Origin: an uncultured Candidatus Saccharibacteria bacterium
Lineage (GTDB): Bacteria; Patescibacteriota; WWE3; 2-01-FULL-39-13
Assembly (NCBI GenBank): GCA_964510925.1
Contig: CAZEDS010000002.1
Coordinates: 32,482 to 92,967, forward strand
Reading direction: 5' to 3'
DNA length: 60,486 nt
This document shows, one piece after another, positions 17,801-26,691 of the stretch (position 1 is its first letter; each line of letters opens with the position of its first letter). The position numbers and the translations under genes are program-made. The notes under the pieces were generated by a model. The model was not told the origin of the DNA. It worked only from the letters and a program-made list of their open reading frames with translations, and did not search any database.

Positions 17801-19083
17801 GGTGGTCCCATTGCCATTAGATTATTTTGCGATTTTATTACTTTGTACCCAACATAATCTGATGTTCCACTAAAATCCCAACTCAGTGCTAATCCTGTTG
17901 ACCTTGATAATGATGCAAATGAAATTCTATGTTGTCCCCCTATTTTTATGAATCCTCCGCTTACATAAACTTCAGTCCCGTCATCTGATATCGCTACACC
18001 ATAAATACCTCCGACATTTGGTGTAGGATTCGGATTAAAACTTGTTGCTGTTCCGTTTGTTAAATCAACTTCTACTATATATTTTCTTGTTGTTCCTCCA
18101 TTAACTGTTGTGAAATCACCCGCGATAAATGCGGAGCTTGAATCTGCTTCAATGTATGTTGCATTTGTTGCAATGTTAGGGTTCCACGCAGTGGCTACTC
18201 CTGTTCGAGATGAACCTGCGAGTTCGAATGCAGCTGCATTGTTTCGTGTAACTGTTCCTCCTGTGACCCTATCGAAAGCTCCAACTGAATAAATTGTTGA
18301 GCCTTGTATTTTAATTGATTTGACATCTGCGGCTGGGAATCCTGCTGCAACCGTGACGTTTGGATTCCAGGATGCGTCTACTGTTTTTGATGTAAGGTTT
18401 ATTGCGGCGAAACCCCTTCTTGTTGTTCCATTTACTGTAGTGAAAGAACCTGAAATATATAAAAACCCATTATGGACTTTCATATCTGAAACTTTGCCAT
18501 TAACAGTGGCTGTATATGAAGTGTCTTGTACTCCGGTTGTTGCATTAAATGCTCTTACTTCTCCCAAGCCATTTCCGTGTGCCATAAAAACTAAATTTGT
18601 GACTGAATCATACGTTATCGATTCAGGTTCAAATGTAAATGCAGGATTTGCGGTCCAAGCTGGGTCAACGCTTCCGTCTGATAATATGTGAACTGAATAT
18701 TGATTTGTAGTTGATCCTTGAATTTGTGTGAAAGATCCAATTACATAAAATCCCCCAGAGCTATCTGGTGCTGCGTTATGAAAATATAAACCGCCTGTGG
18801 GTTCATAACTTGGTGAAATCGTTGCTTTTGTTGTAAGGTCAAATATTGCCATTGGACCAGAGTTTGGACCTACATAATTGAAGTCTCCACCTATGTATGT
18901 ATAGTTTCCTGCTCTGTGTACGGCGTAAGCTGTGTGGTCTGGCTGCCATGCACTAGTACTTAAAGTGCTTGAATATGTATAATACGCACTGACTTTGCTA
19001 ACTATTATTAAAAAAAGAAACAGAGAAAAAATTCCAGATATAAATTTAAAATATTTGTTGCGGAGTTTATAAAAAATACCCAT
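14812..19083 (-). CDS. Large surface protein (beta-propeller repeats, Calx-beta, FnIII-like, PT linkers, TM, carboxypeptidase-regulatory-like domain)
   Basis: Repeated YIGGDF..VNG..R / WNP blades; Calx-beta GTATLGSDY..TILDD...ENDETI; VYDSISKDPIAEAKVFL near the C-terminus. Confidence 0.75.
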   Translation of the reverse strand: MGIFYKLRNKYFKFISGIFSLFLFLIIVSKVSAYYTYSSTLSTSAWQPDHTAYAVHRAGNYTYIGGDFNYVGPNSGPMAIFDLTTKATISPSYEPTGGLYFHNAAPDSSGGFYVIGSFTQIQGSTTNQYSVHILSDGSVDPAWTANPAFTFEPESITYDSVTNLVFMAHGNGLGEVRAFNATTGVQDTSYTATVNGKVSDMKVHNGFLYISGSFTTVNGTTRRGFAAINLTSKTVDASWNPNVTVAAGFPAADVKSIKIQGSTIYSVGAFDRVTGGTVTRNNAAAFELAGSSRTGVATAWNPNIATNATYIEADSSSAFIAGDFTTVNGGTTRKYIVEVDLTNGTATSFNPNPTPNVGGIYGVAISDDGTEVYVSGGFIKIGGQHRISFASLSRSTGLALSWDFSGTSDYVGYKVIKSQNNLMAMGPPSIGGAARYGIARLNQSGVVDSTWNPDLAPNDIVYAIDSNDDDIFIGGDITSLNNGATARTNLAVISATTGTVGSFSPAPDSTVKALKVYKDILYVGGDFNNIASTIRNYGAAFDLADNSLHSWDPNFDFTVLTFDVDTNHDILYVGGFFTQVGAELRGGAAGFSLPSYTITSWNPGVYDINAIAFNPFNNLLYVGSDYDTDFSGNTRGYGAAYDTTNNPPTITAWDPQADDGIVAIDVAADGNSIFLGGYYTTLNSATRFSLAEVNKTTGAITSWDSGVDDYPSTYDIEVFFDTLYSSGLYYSINGDTLTQYGQFGFGQFGDGSTETPVTQFTNTSVSGAESVTAPTIQLESTLISNQDVSVTFTVTGGTATLGSDYTLSGSTITIYAEDIYAYLPLTILDDATGENDETIEFTISSPTNATLGANTVYTYTILSNDGGSSEPTPTPTPTPTPTPTPTPSSGNNPNKPSSLKIKDEKIGSSFSDKTPTLKFKLTDPDADEISFKILISTKPQFDDENIVVEYRSKDSSDENRSFNVGQSLDNGQYDKGKKGQELEDGDYYVKVKAIDEHGNQSDFACYNDCKVAFTIDTAPIKFLVTKFENITNPVVILNKSVDISGDVYNTNKEKIAEFFSNGNAQEHLLEIKNVQVGSIASIVLDARDNAGNHTKFTEIIDPTPTITPTPEPVISASASPTPTPTIEPTITEDDGLLVTPTPESNSDLLAEITPSITPTPEDNFSTEIEQSENQNPEIITKIIIGKILGVATNTTKLIYEKFPFINGLSAYMPKLLILLLIVNYVNLIPLLSKNETLWKILNKIHRYLPIIGYFKAVGFVYDSISKDPIAEAKVFLTDKNKKLIATETTGKKGRYSFLVKKGIYQMFVEKNGFSFPSTIIKANKDTSDYNYLGEIFNTSGKTIINYNIPLDNFRTSKNPTILKMAKLNFERKFAYYFDFFAITSFVIGLYSAFEQERYWLLMLWLAFPFIRVWLLNRGKHFVD

Positions 19084-19138
19084 CAAAATAAATGTTAATG
19101 CGTTTTATTTGTCTTTACAATGAGATTCGCAAAATTTT

Positions 19139-20101
19139 TTAAGGAAAGATTTTATTATCAACACTCCAATTTGGTGTTGAATATTTTCCCCATACGTTAT
19201 CAGTATCTTTTGCGTTAAAGTAGACCACCGTTTTTAAAAGAGGATACTTATCAAAATTATTTTGCATGTTATATAACCATGCTGTTTGATCAACATTTAC
19301 ACCAAGTTCTGCTATCATGATTGGTTTTTGGTAGTTTTTAAAGCGGTCATATCTTTCAGAAAATGCTTCATCAAAGCTCCGGACTTTTTTATAAAAATCT
19401 AGTTCAAATTCTTTATTTATATAAAGCGATAATCCAATGTAATCAACGTTTTGAGGGTCTGGCCAATAAAGATTTGCATTAGATTCCCCAGCTGGTGACC
19501 AGATATAGTATGCATTTTTTGTTTGGCTTTTACATTTATTAACAAAGTAGTTGTAGCCATCAATAAATTTTTGTGGAGTGTCCACAGCCCATGGATATCT
19601 ACCTGTAACACGTTCCATTTCATGTCCCCATCTTACAAAGACTGGCGTAGATGATCGATTTATATGTGAGCAGATTTCAATGATTTTGTTATCGTCTTTT
19701 CCAGCTTGGATTTCTGAAAATAGATCGTCATTTGTTGGATATGGTTCAATTGTTAGTATTACCCACCTATTTTTTTCTTTCGCTTTTTCGAAAAGATAAG
19801 AAAGGTTATTTATTTCTGATTGGTTTTTCCAATCAAAAAAATAATGATTAAATGCTAAAAGATTGTTGTCGAATGTTTTATTAAAATCGTATACACCCCA
19901 GTTAACTTGACCTGGCTCTTTTAGCTTACAAGCATTTGTGTCTATTTTGCAAAACAAAATATCTTTTTCCAATTCTAATTGTGATTTATTTACATCCCAA
20001 AAAAGGCCTTTAATTGCATCTTCTCCTTTTTTGAATATAAAAAGCCCAGCTAGTAGTATTGCTAACGATAGGATTGTTATTTGAAGATAAATATTTTTCA
20101 T
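19139..20101 (-). CDS. Glycoside hydrolase family 26 protein, membrane-anchored
   Basis: VFVRWGHEME (acid/base), YWP....VDYIGLSLY, KPIMIAELG (nucleophile); ATGA overlap with GT2. Confidence 0.85.
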   Translation of the reverse strand: MKNIYLQITILSLAILLAGLFIFKKGEDAIKGLFWDVNKSQLELEKDILFCKIDTNACKLKEPGQVNWGVYDFNKTFDNNLLAFNHYFFDWKNQSEINNLSYLFEKAKEKNRWVILTIEPYPTNDDLFSEIQAGKDDNKIIEICSHINRSSTPVFVRWGHEMERVTGRYPWAVDTPQKFIDGYNYFVNKCKSQTKNAYYIWSPAGESNANLYWPDPQNVDYIGLSLYINKEFELDFYKKVRSFDEAFSERYDRFKNYQKPIMIAELGVNVDQTAWLYNMQNNFDKYPLLKTVVYFNAKDTDNVWGKYSTPNWSVDNKIFP

Positions 20102-21654
20102 GAGTTTTGTTCCTTTTCGTGCTTTATAACAATTGTTGCGAGTGTAAAAATGTACATTAATAATCCTGAGATCACAAAATAGTAATAGCCTTCTACTTGA
20201 GTTGAGTTACTCCAGACAATTCCAACCGTAACATATGTAAATATTATCAAAATATAAGGCATTAAAACTTTTGTAGGTAATGGTATATATCCAGTTTTGT
20301 TTTTTGGTGTGACTTTGAATGCAAATTCCGATTTAGTAATAAAATCAGACACTGAAGATAAAACCCCTAATAGTGTCCATGGCCATCGTGAAAGTTGAAA
20401 AACTATAATTTCCCAGCTTAATATTTTTGCATTAGTTGGTCTTAATAATTTAAGTTTTTTTAGGAAAATCATGATTGATAGTGTGATTGAAATATTAAAA
20501 AAGTTAAGTATTAAAAATACCGGATAAGAAACTGAAACCATTGGTTTGTTAGTGATTATTGTGAAAATTGGCATAAATAATCCTAAGCACATTATTGATG
20601 AATATAGTGGATACCACATTTGGGCAAATACAAATTCGATTTTTAAACGCCAAGGTAATTTTGCAATATATTTTGGTGTCCACATTAATAATAGGTTTGT
20701 TAAACTTCGTGACCATTGAAATTCTTGTGTCATAGCATCAGCAAATGTTGCAGGTCCGTCACCGATTGCGATTGCATCAATTGCATGCATACCGCTCCAA
20801 CCATTTGCATTCATAATCATTGTGGTTGAGTGGTCCTCAGCAAGTTCGGGTCCTAATCCGCCTATTTCTTTTAAAGCTTTTGCTCTTACTGCATAGTGCG
20901 AACCAAAACAAAGAGGTGCAAATTTATTTGCATGGCCTGATTGTTGAGCTCCATGTAATAATCCTTCAGCATAAAGCCTGGCACGTGCGCTCCAACTTTC
21001 GTTTGCATTGCTTGAGCAAATGCTAGGTGCACTTACATAGCCGATTTTTTCATCAGCAAAAGGTTTTATCATTTCTTCTAGATAGTTTTCTTGAGGAATG
21101 TGGTCGGCATCGAGTTGAACGACAATATCGTAGTTATCATAACCATATTTATCGTAAAAATATGCAAGATTGCCTTCTTTGCATTTTGTTCGCCTTGGCC
21201 ATGTTTTTCGGTTGTATTCTTCGATACCTTTTCGGCAAGATATCTTTATGCCATGTTTTGATGCCCAGTCTAATAATTCAGGTGTAGGATCTTCGTCTGC
21301 GATCCAGTTATCGTGTGGATATTTTTGAGCGATCATTCCTTGCATTGTCTTTTTTATTAATTCAAAAGGTTCGCTTGGAGCTTTTGTTACTACAATTGCC
21401 ACTCTAAGACCGTCAGGTATTTTTAGCTCTGGATTTGTTTTTTTCATTCTTGCTACAAAAAAGAAAAAATAAGCAGGTAATAAGTACGTCCAGCTAAGGA
21501 ATAAAGTATTAATTATGAATAACGTTGGGTTCACTATATGGCTTTTTTGGAACCACCAAACAAAAAACACGATGTTTGTTATAGCCCATAGGCTTAAAAG
21601 CATATAAAAGATCGATTTTTGTTTTTTTGTGAATATATCTATTGAATATTGCAT
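20098..21654 (-). CDS. Processive GT2 polysaccharide synthase (cellulose-synthase-like)
   Basis: KEGNL, DADH, LAEDH, QEFQW (QxxRW variant), N- and C-terminal TM helices; AGGAG SD. Confidence 0.88.
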   Translation of the reverse strand: MQYSIDIFTKKQKSIFYMLLSLWAITNIVFFVWWFQKSHIVNPTLFIINTLFLSWTYLLPAYFFFFVARMKKTNPELKIPDGLRVAIVVTKAPSEPFELIKKTMQGMIAQKYPHDNWIADEDPTPELLDWASKHGIKISCRKGIEEYNRKTWPRRTKCKEGNLAYFYDKYGYDNYDIVVQLDADHIPQENYLEEMIKPFADEKIGYVSAPSICSSNANESWSARARLYAEGLLHGAQQSGHANKFAPLCFGSHYAVRAKALKEIGGLGPELAEDHSTTMIMNANGWSGMHAIDAIAIGDGPATFADAMTQEFQWSRSLTNLLLMWTPKYIAKLPWRLKIEFVFAQMWYPLYSSIMCLGLFMPIFTIITNKPMVSVSYPVFLILNFFNISITLSIMIFLKKLKLLRPTNAKILSWEIIVFQLSRWPWTLLGVLSSVSDFITKSEFAFKVTPKNKTGYIPLPTKVLMPYILIIFTYVTVGIVWSNSTQVEGYYYFVISGLLMYIFTLATIVIKHEKEQNS

Positions 21655-21777
21655 AAATCTCCTGATATTGAAGCCTTTTACTAATGTGTCGATACTCTAT
21701 CGGCTTGGCTTAACTGCGTATTATACACTAGATATTTAAATTGGTATCAATTAATTTAACATGATTCACTTGATAAA

Positions 21778-22512
21778 ATGGGCATAAAAGCACATAATGC
21801 TCCAATGCAATTTCAACAAGAATCGGTACCAACACTCGACTTCGAATTAGAACCTATTAGCGATGGAGTTTCAATCCTTACACCACAAGAGCTTTTTGAG
21901 AATCCTGGGCTTATGGTAGCGGCTTCCAATTTGCTGATCAGTGGAATTGATACTGCAAGTCATTTTTATCCTGCACAAAATATCAAGGATTCATTACGCA
22001 ATTATAGTTTGGATGATAATGCATCTTATCACCCTACTTTTTCATTATGGAAAGAATTACAAGATAAACCTGAAATAGAACCTTTTTTGGCTTTTGAGTT
22101 AGCGAATGAAGAGCTTTTGTCTGTCGCCATAGGTAAGATTTTTGAAGAAGGTAATAATGAACACCGTGCAAAACGTCTCCATATTAATTGGGTGGTCTCG
22201 CAAACTGGACTCAAACATGGAAATCCATTAGCAAAAGGATCTGCTTCAAGGGTTTATTCTCTTTTGGAAACATATGGCAAAGCTACAAAATGTGATTTTA
22301 TGAGTGCTGCGGTAGTCGATATTAATAAACCTTCGTTAAAGTTACACGAAAAATTTGGCTTTACTAAGATTCCAAATACACCAGAAATGGCTGCGAGTGG
22401 TTTGTTTATGATCAATGGATCATTTAAACCATTTTTCACTTTGGGTGGACTCGATATTAATGGAGCTGAAATAGCTCCTGCAAAGCTCGAATATTATTGG
22501 AAGCATCTATAA
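21778..22512 (+). CDS. GNAT-family N-acetyltransferase
   Basis: C-terminal KGSASRVYSLL..V.DINKPSLKLHEKFGF matches GNAT motifs A/B. Confidence 0.65.
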   Translation: MGIKAHNAPMQFQQESVPTLDFELEPISDGVSILTPQELFENPGLMVAASNLLISGIDTASHFYPAQNIKDSLRNYSLDDNASYHPTFSLWKELQDKPEIEPFLAFELANEELLSVAIGKIFEEGNNEHRAKRLHINWVVSQTGLKHGNPLAKGSASRVYSLLETYGKATKCDFMSAAVVDINKPSLKLHEKFGFTKIPNTPEMAASGLFMINGSFKPFFTLGGLDINGAEIAPAKLEYYWKHL

Positions 22513-22539
22513 AACTATTGTGCTAACATTCTATTAATT

Positions 22540-22866
22540 ATGAATTTTAATCTTAGACTTACCTATTTGTATTTAGTTTCTTTTATCGCACTTATCATTT
22601 GCGTAATTGCTTCCGTGCAATTAATCGATCTTGGTTTAAAAGCATTTGTGTTTAAGGATGCAGACAAATTTGAGTATTACGCTGCACCGCTAAAAGATGA
22701 GCAATCTCAGTATGATGTAGAACAAGCAAAACTCACCGCAGAACGTGAGCAATCAAGATCAAGACAGAGAACAGCTTCAAATGCAATTGCAATGATAATT
22801 ATCGGTTTGCCTCTTTACGTATATCACTGGAAAGTTATCCAAAAAGAATCTAAAAGCCTTTCATAA
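22540..22866 (+). CDS. Two-TM hypothetical protein (DUF5671-like)
   Basis: RLTYLYLVSFIAL...IIGLPLYVYHWK pattern. Confidence 0.65.
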   Translation: MNFNLRLTYLYLVSFIALIICVIASVQLIDLGLKAFVFKDADKFEYYAAPLKDEQSQYDVEQAKLTAEREQSRSRQRTASNAIAMIIIGLPLYVYHWKVIQKESKSLS

Positions 22867-22959
22867 AAATAACAAAGTATCCCCTTGCCTTTTATCTTTT
22901 TTACTTTAGACTTACTCAAGTTACTTTTTGTAACTAAGTTTTTAATTCGAATTTTAAAT

Positions 22960-24459
22960 ATGGAAAATTTTATGGATGGATCTAGTGATCTTAATTCTGT
23001 TGATTCTTATCAACAATATGTCGAAGAACAACAATTGTTTGAGGCTGAACAAATGTTTCTAGGGAAAAAAACAGCAGCTGCAATGTTTGCGGTATCAGTC
23101 GTATTAACTCCATTCCAAGCTTATTCGCAAGATATTCAGCCTAATAATGCCAATAGTGAAACTAGCGAATCTAGTAGCCCTTTTCGTGTTTATTTGCCTT
23201 TGGTAGAAGCATCCAAAGCTCCAGCTGAGGTTGTAAAGGATGCCGTTACTAAAACTTATGGCGACTTATCTATTCCTGTTGAAAATATTAATGTTGTTAG
23301 GCCATTCACAGTTGATGAGGCTAAAACTTTAGAATTAACTTTTGCAAGTGGTGTAGAACACGCAAAGATTGTTAATAGTTTATTACCTACGGATAATCCA
23401 ATCTTTAAAGGTATCAAAAATTTTTCAATCTATGCTGGAGATCCAAGATTGTTGAATTCAGGAGCTGCACAATTGGTTGATTCAGATACAAATGGTGTAC
23501 CGGAATATTTGAATGTTTTTTACACTAAATTTTCTGATACAGCTAAAATGCCACCGATATTGTCTAATGAGCTTTTTGCATCAATTTGGGGTTTTGGTAA
23601 CGAAGCAAGAAAAACAGCGTCAGACAGGTCTTCTGCTCCTTTTACATATGAGGCAGCATCAGACATTTTTGAAATATTAAATACTTCGTATCCAAGAGCA
23701 AGTTTAGAAGTTGATGGAAATGAGGCTTTATCGAGCCAGTTAAAAGTTGACCGAAAATGGGGTATTACAACTTTGCCTTCAAAAGATAGACAAGTTTTAA
23801 ATGCATTATATGCACTTGGACTTGTAAATATTGACCAAGCACAATTATTATCAGAGCATACAGCTGCAGTTTTAGCTTCTAAAGTTTTAGCTGGTTTTAG
23901 TAAAGATGAAGCTGGTAGACAAGCTGCATTGGCTGATGTTTTATCATATTTCCCGGGATATTTTGAAGTTAACGCAGCTCAAGCTGATAATTCAGTAACA
24001 AGTAAAGCGGTTAATTCATTAAGAGATGATTTGTATCTAGTTGCATCTAAAGTAGATTTAAATGACCCTGCTACACGAGTAAAAGAGCTTGTTGGTGATT
24101 ATCGCTTTGGCTTTGGTGGAAGTATTGATGGTCTTTTGATTGATGGTGTGCAGAAGGTACGTGTAACACCTTTTACAATGCGTGTAAAAAAGAATTCTGC
24201 AGGAACTGATATTGATCCTAATATAGAATTTGAGGATGATGCAAGATTTAAAGTAAATCAGATAAGTGTACGACATGCAGATGGGAGTGTCACTGAAGTC
24301 CTTTCAAGTGATGTTAGCATGGTAAAAGAAAATGGCGTTTTGTCATCATTATATATTCCAAAAGAAAAATATAATTTAGCTGAAGGTGATGAATTTGCTC
24401 TTGAATATAAAAATGGCTTAGTTTTATATGTATTGATTGCGCCAAGTCTTATAAAATAA
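22960..24459 (+). CDS. Hypothetical exported protein
   Basis: Long ORF; internal signal-like segment KKTAAAMFAVSVVLTPFQAYSQ then RVYLPLV; start 22960 is a guess (ORF open from 22885). Confidence 0.7.
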   Translation: MENFMDGSSDLNSVDSYQQYVEEQQLFEAEQMFLGKKTAAAMFAVSVVLTPFQAYSQDIQPNNANSETSESSSPFRVYLPLVEASKAPAEVVKDAVTKTYGDLSIPVENINVVRPFTVDEAKTLELTFASGVEHAKIVNSLLPTDNPIFKGIKNFSIYAGDPRLLNSGAAQLVDSDTNGVPEYLNVFYTKFSDTAKMPPILSNELFASIWGFGNEARKTASDRSSAPFTYEAASDIFEILNTSYPRASLEVDGNEALSSQLKVDRKWGITTLPSKDRQVLNALYALGLVNIDQAQLLSEHTAAVLASKVLAGFSKDEAGRQAALADVLSYFPGYFEVNAAQADNSVTSKAVNSLRDDLYLVASKVDLNDPATRVKELVGDYRFGFGGSIDGLLIDGVQKVRVTPFTMRVKKNSAGTDIDPNIEFEDDARFKVNQISVRHADGSVTEVLSSDVSMVKENGVLSSLYIPKEKYNLAEGDEFALEYKNGLVLYVLIAPSLIK

Positions 24460-24479
24460 TAGTTTTGATTAAATTAATT

Positions 24480-25418
24480 TCACAGCCTGTTCTGTGAGAT
24501 TAATTTATCAGATATTAAACTAGCAGCAATTGCTCCAGACATTATAAAAAGTATTATTAAAAAAGAAATTACGGAGTTGATTTCAATAGCAAAAATCCCA
24601 GCAACCATTTTCAATCCGATAAAAAGTAGAATAAACGCTAATCCAGTTTGTAAGTATTTTAATTTGGATATTAGCCCTTCGAATAAAAAGAATAAAGATC
24701 TTAATCCCAGTATCGCGAAAATATTTGAAGTAAACACGACAAAGATATCTTGAGAGATTGATAGTACCGCTGGAATTGAATCGATTGCAAACAAAATATC
24801 AGTAATTTCAATCATACATAAAGTTAAAAATAAGGTTGTGAATGCGAATTTGCCGTTAGCTCTATGAATAAATTTTCCGTGGTGGTCCCCTTTTGATATC
24901 GGGAGATACTGTTCTAATAGATTAAGTGATTTGCTTTCATTAAAATTTTGTTTTTCATCTTTGCCTTTGCTAAGAAATAATTTAATTGAGGTGTAAATTA
25001 AAATTCCGCCTAAAACATATAGAGCAAAATGAAAATGCGATAAAATAACAGCTCCAAGGCCGATAAAAATTGCTCTAAAGATCATAGCACCTAAAATTCC
25101 CCAAAAGAGAACTCGGTGATAGTACTTTTTATCTAGTTTGAAAAATTTAAAGATAAGCAAAATAACAAATAAGTTATCGATTGATAGTGCTTCTTCTGTT
25201 AAATATGCTGACATGAATTCAAATGATTTTGTTTTGCTGTCGAATAAATATATTAATACTGCAAAAAGTAGTGCAGCGACAAACAATAATATTGTGCGAA
25301 ATAATGCGGTTTTAAATGAGATTTTATGTGCTTTAGTTTGAAAAATACCGAGGTCGATTATTAGGAATGTGAATAAACAGATAACAAATACAATAAAAAG
25401 AGCTAGCTCAGTCCCCAT
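24480..25418 (-). CDS. terC: TerC/Alx family membrane protein
   Basis: YLTEEALSIDNLFV, RVLFWGILGAMIFR, IEITDILFAIDSIPA, TSNIFAILGLRSLFF. Confidence 0.92.
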   Translation of the reverse strand: MGTELALFIVFVICLFTFLIIDLGIFQTKAHKISFKTALFRTILLFVAALLFAVLIYLFDSKTKSFEFMSAYLTEEALSIDNLFVILLIFKFFKLDKKYYHRVLFWGILGAMIFRAIFIGLGAVILSHFHFALYVLGGILIYTSIKLFLSKGKDEKQNFNESKSLNLLEQYLPISKGDHHGKFIHRANGKFAFTTLFLTLCMIEITDILFAIDSIPAVLSISQDIFVVFTSNIFAILGLRSLFFLFEGLISKLKYLQTGLAFILLFIGLKMVAGIFAIEINSVISFLIILFIMSGAIAASLISDKLISQNRL

Positions 25419-25466
25419 ACCATCGATTATACATTAATAGTTAGGCATATTATTTAGTTCGGCTTG

Positions 25467-25754
25467 TTATTTAAATTGTTTGATGTCAACGCCTTCATTT
25501 TTTAGGAGTTCAAGTTTTTTTTGTACTCCACCTACCCCTGAGTAGCCACCTATTTTTCCATCGCTTCTAATTACTCTGTGACATGGTACTTGTGGTGCAT
25601 AGGGGTTTTTTCCTACTGCATTAGCTACTGCTCTTATTGCTTTTGGTTTCCCAATCATGATTGCTAGTTCTTTGTATGTGATTACGCTCCCTTGAGGGAT
25701 AGTTTTTAGTGCTTCCCAGACTTTTTTTTGAAATTCTGTGCCTTGATGCATCAT
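25467..25754 (-). CDS. ogt: Single-domain methylated-DNA-protein-cysteine methyltransferase
   Basis: FQKKVWEAL..IP.G...TY..LA, RAVANA, PCHRV (active Cys), GGY. Confidence 0.9.
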   Translation of the reverse strand: MMHQGTEFQKKVWEALKTIPQGSVITYKELAIMIGKPKAIRAVANAVGKNPYAPQVPCHRVIRSDGKIGGYSGVGGVQKKLELLKNEGVDIKQFK

Positions 25755-25786
25755 TGTAAGTTAAATCTTACCAAAACATATAAAAG

Positions 25787-25916
25787 AAAAACGGGTCTGA
25801 CCCATTTTATTAAAATTTAATTAACTTTTAGCTCTAGGGTATGTCTTTGTACAAATGTCGATATCGCAAACTCGCATAGTTTTTAATATTAACAGTTCAT
25901 AAAACGGGTCAGACCC
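25787..25916. repeat. Pair of AAAACGGGTC(T/A)GACCC palindromes (REP-like)
   Basis: Copies at 25788-25803 and 25901-25916; the 11-bp cores are reverse complements of each other. Confidence 0.75.
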
Positions 25917-25963
25917 TTTTTTTTCAGGTTTGCACACCATCAATAATTAGTTACACTGTATAT

Positions 25964-26530
25964 ATGAACAAAACAATTCTTGCCGTCTTAATAACATTCG
26001 TTATAATCATTGCTTCCGCTGCCTTCATCTTGAAAAACAAAGAGCTTGGTGGCATTAGACAAATTGGTAACAACAATCCAAGCACTGGTGAATCAATGTT
26101 GGGTGATGATAAATATTATGAATCAGGCAAACTTTCTTTTTCGTATCCAGGAAATGTGATGAAGGTTGGCGAAGCCAAAGATGCGATCAATCCTAATATG
26201 GTTATGGCAAACGAAACTAGTACAAAGATAATTTATGGTGACGATGATAATATAATCTCAATTACAGAACACAAAGAAACTATGGATGATATTATCAATA
26301 TGGTTGAAGCAAAAGGTTTTACGGAAACTGACATTCTAAAATCTGGTGATTTAAGATGGACTATTTTTTATGGTGACCCAGTAAAAACTAAAATGAAATA
26401 TGATTCATACGTTCTAGTAACTGCTTTGGATGGCGTTACATATACGATCGATATTGATGGTTATGAAGGTTGGAATCCTGATGAACCTACCGTTCTTAAA
26501 ATTTTAACTTCTATCAAGATTACTAAATAA
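25964..26530 (+). CDS. Hypothetical membrane-anchored protein (PsbP/Mog1-like fold possible)
   Basis: N-terminal TM, LSFSYP motif, ends ILTSIKIT; promoter TTGCAC-16-TACACT ends 6 nt before the ATG. Confidence 0.7.
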   Translation: MNKTILAVLITFVIIIASAAFILKNKELGGIRQIGNNNPSTGESMLGDDKYYESGKLSFSYPGNVMKVGEAKDAINPNMVMANETSTKIIYGDDDNIISITEHKETMDDIINMVEAKGFTETDILKSGDLRWTIFYGDPVKTKMKYDSYVLVTALDGVTYTIDIDGYEGWNPDEPTVLKILTSIKITK

Positions 26531-26551
26531 AATTTTAATTTAAATTAAAAC

Positions 26552-26583
26552 AAAAAAAGCGACATTTTATTGTCGCTTTTTTT
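26552..26583. terminator. Bidirectional intrinsic terminator
   Basis: AAAAAAAGCGACA-TTTTAT-TGTCGCTTTTTTT. Confidence 0.8.
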
Positions 26584-26588
26584 TATAG

Positions 26589-26678
26589 TTTCAAACCCTA
26601 CTATCTAAAGAGAGTAGGATTTCAATCTACTATCCAAGAGATTCAAAACGCTACACACTTTGGTAGCGCTTTGAATCT
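26589..26678. repeat. Degenerate tandem repeat plus GTAG-type hairpin
   Basis: TTTCAA..CTACTATC.AAGAGA twice, then AGATTCAAAACGCTAC (26639-26654)/GTAGCGCTTTGAATCT (26663-26678). Confidence 0.55.
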
Positions 26679-26691
26679 AGGTATTTAAATA

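Noticed and set aside
24480-25418. terC as part of a Ter stress system linked to the PRTase/HAD cluster
   Set aside because: Stand-alone Alx-type TerC about 20 kb away; no terA/B/D/Z genes.
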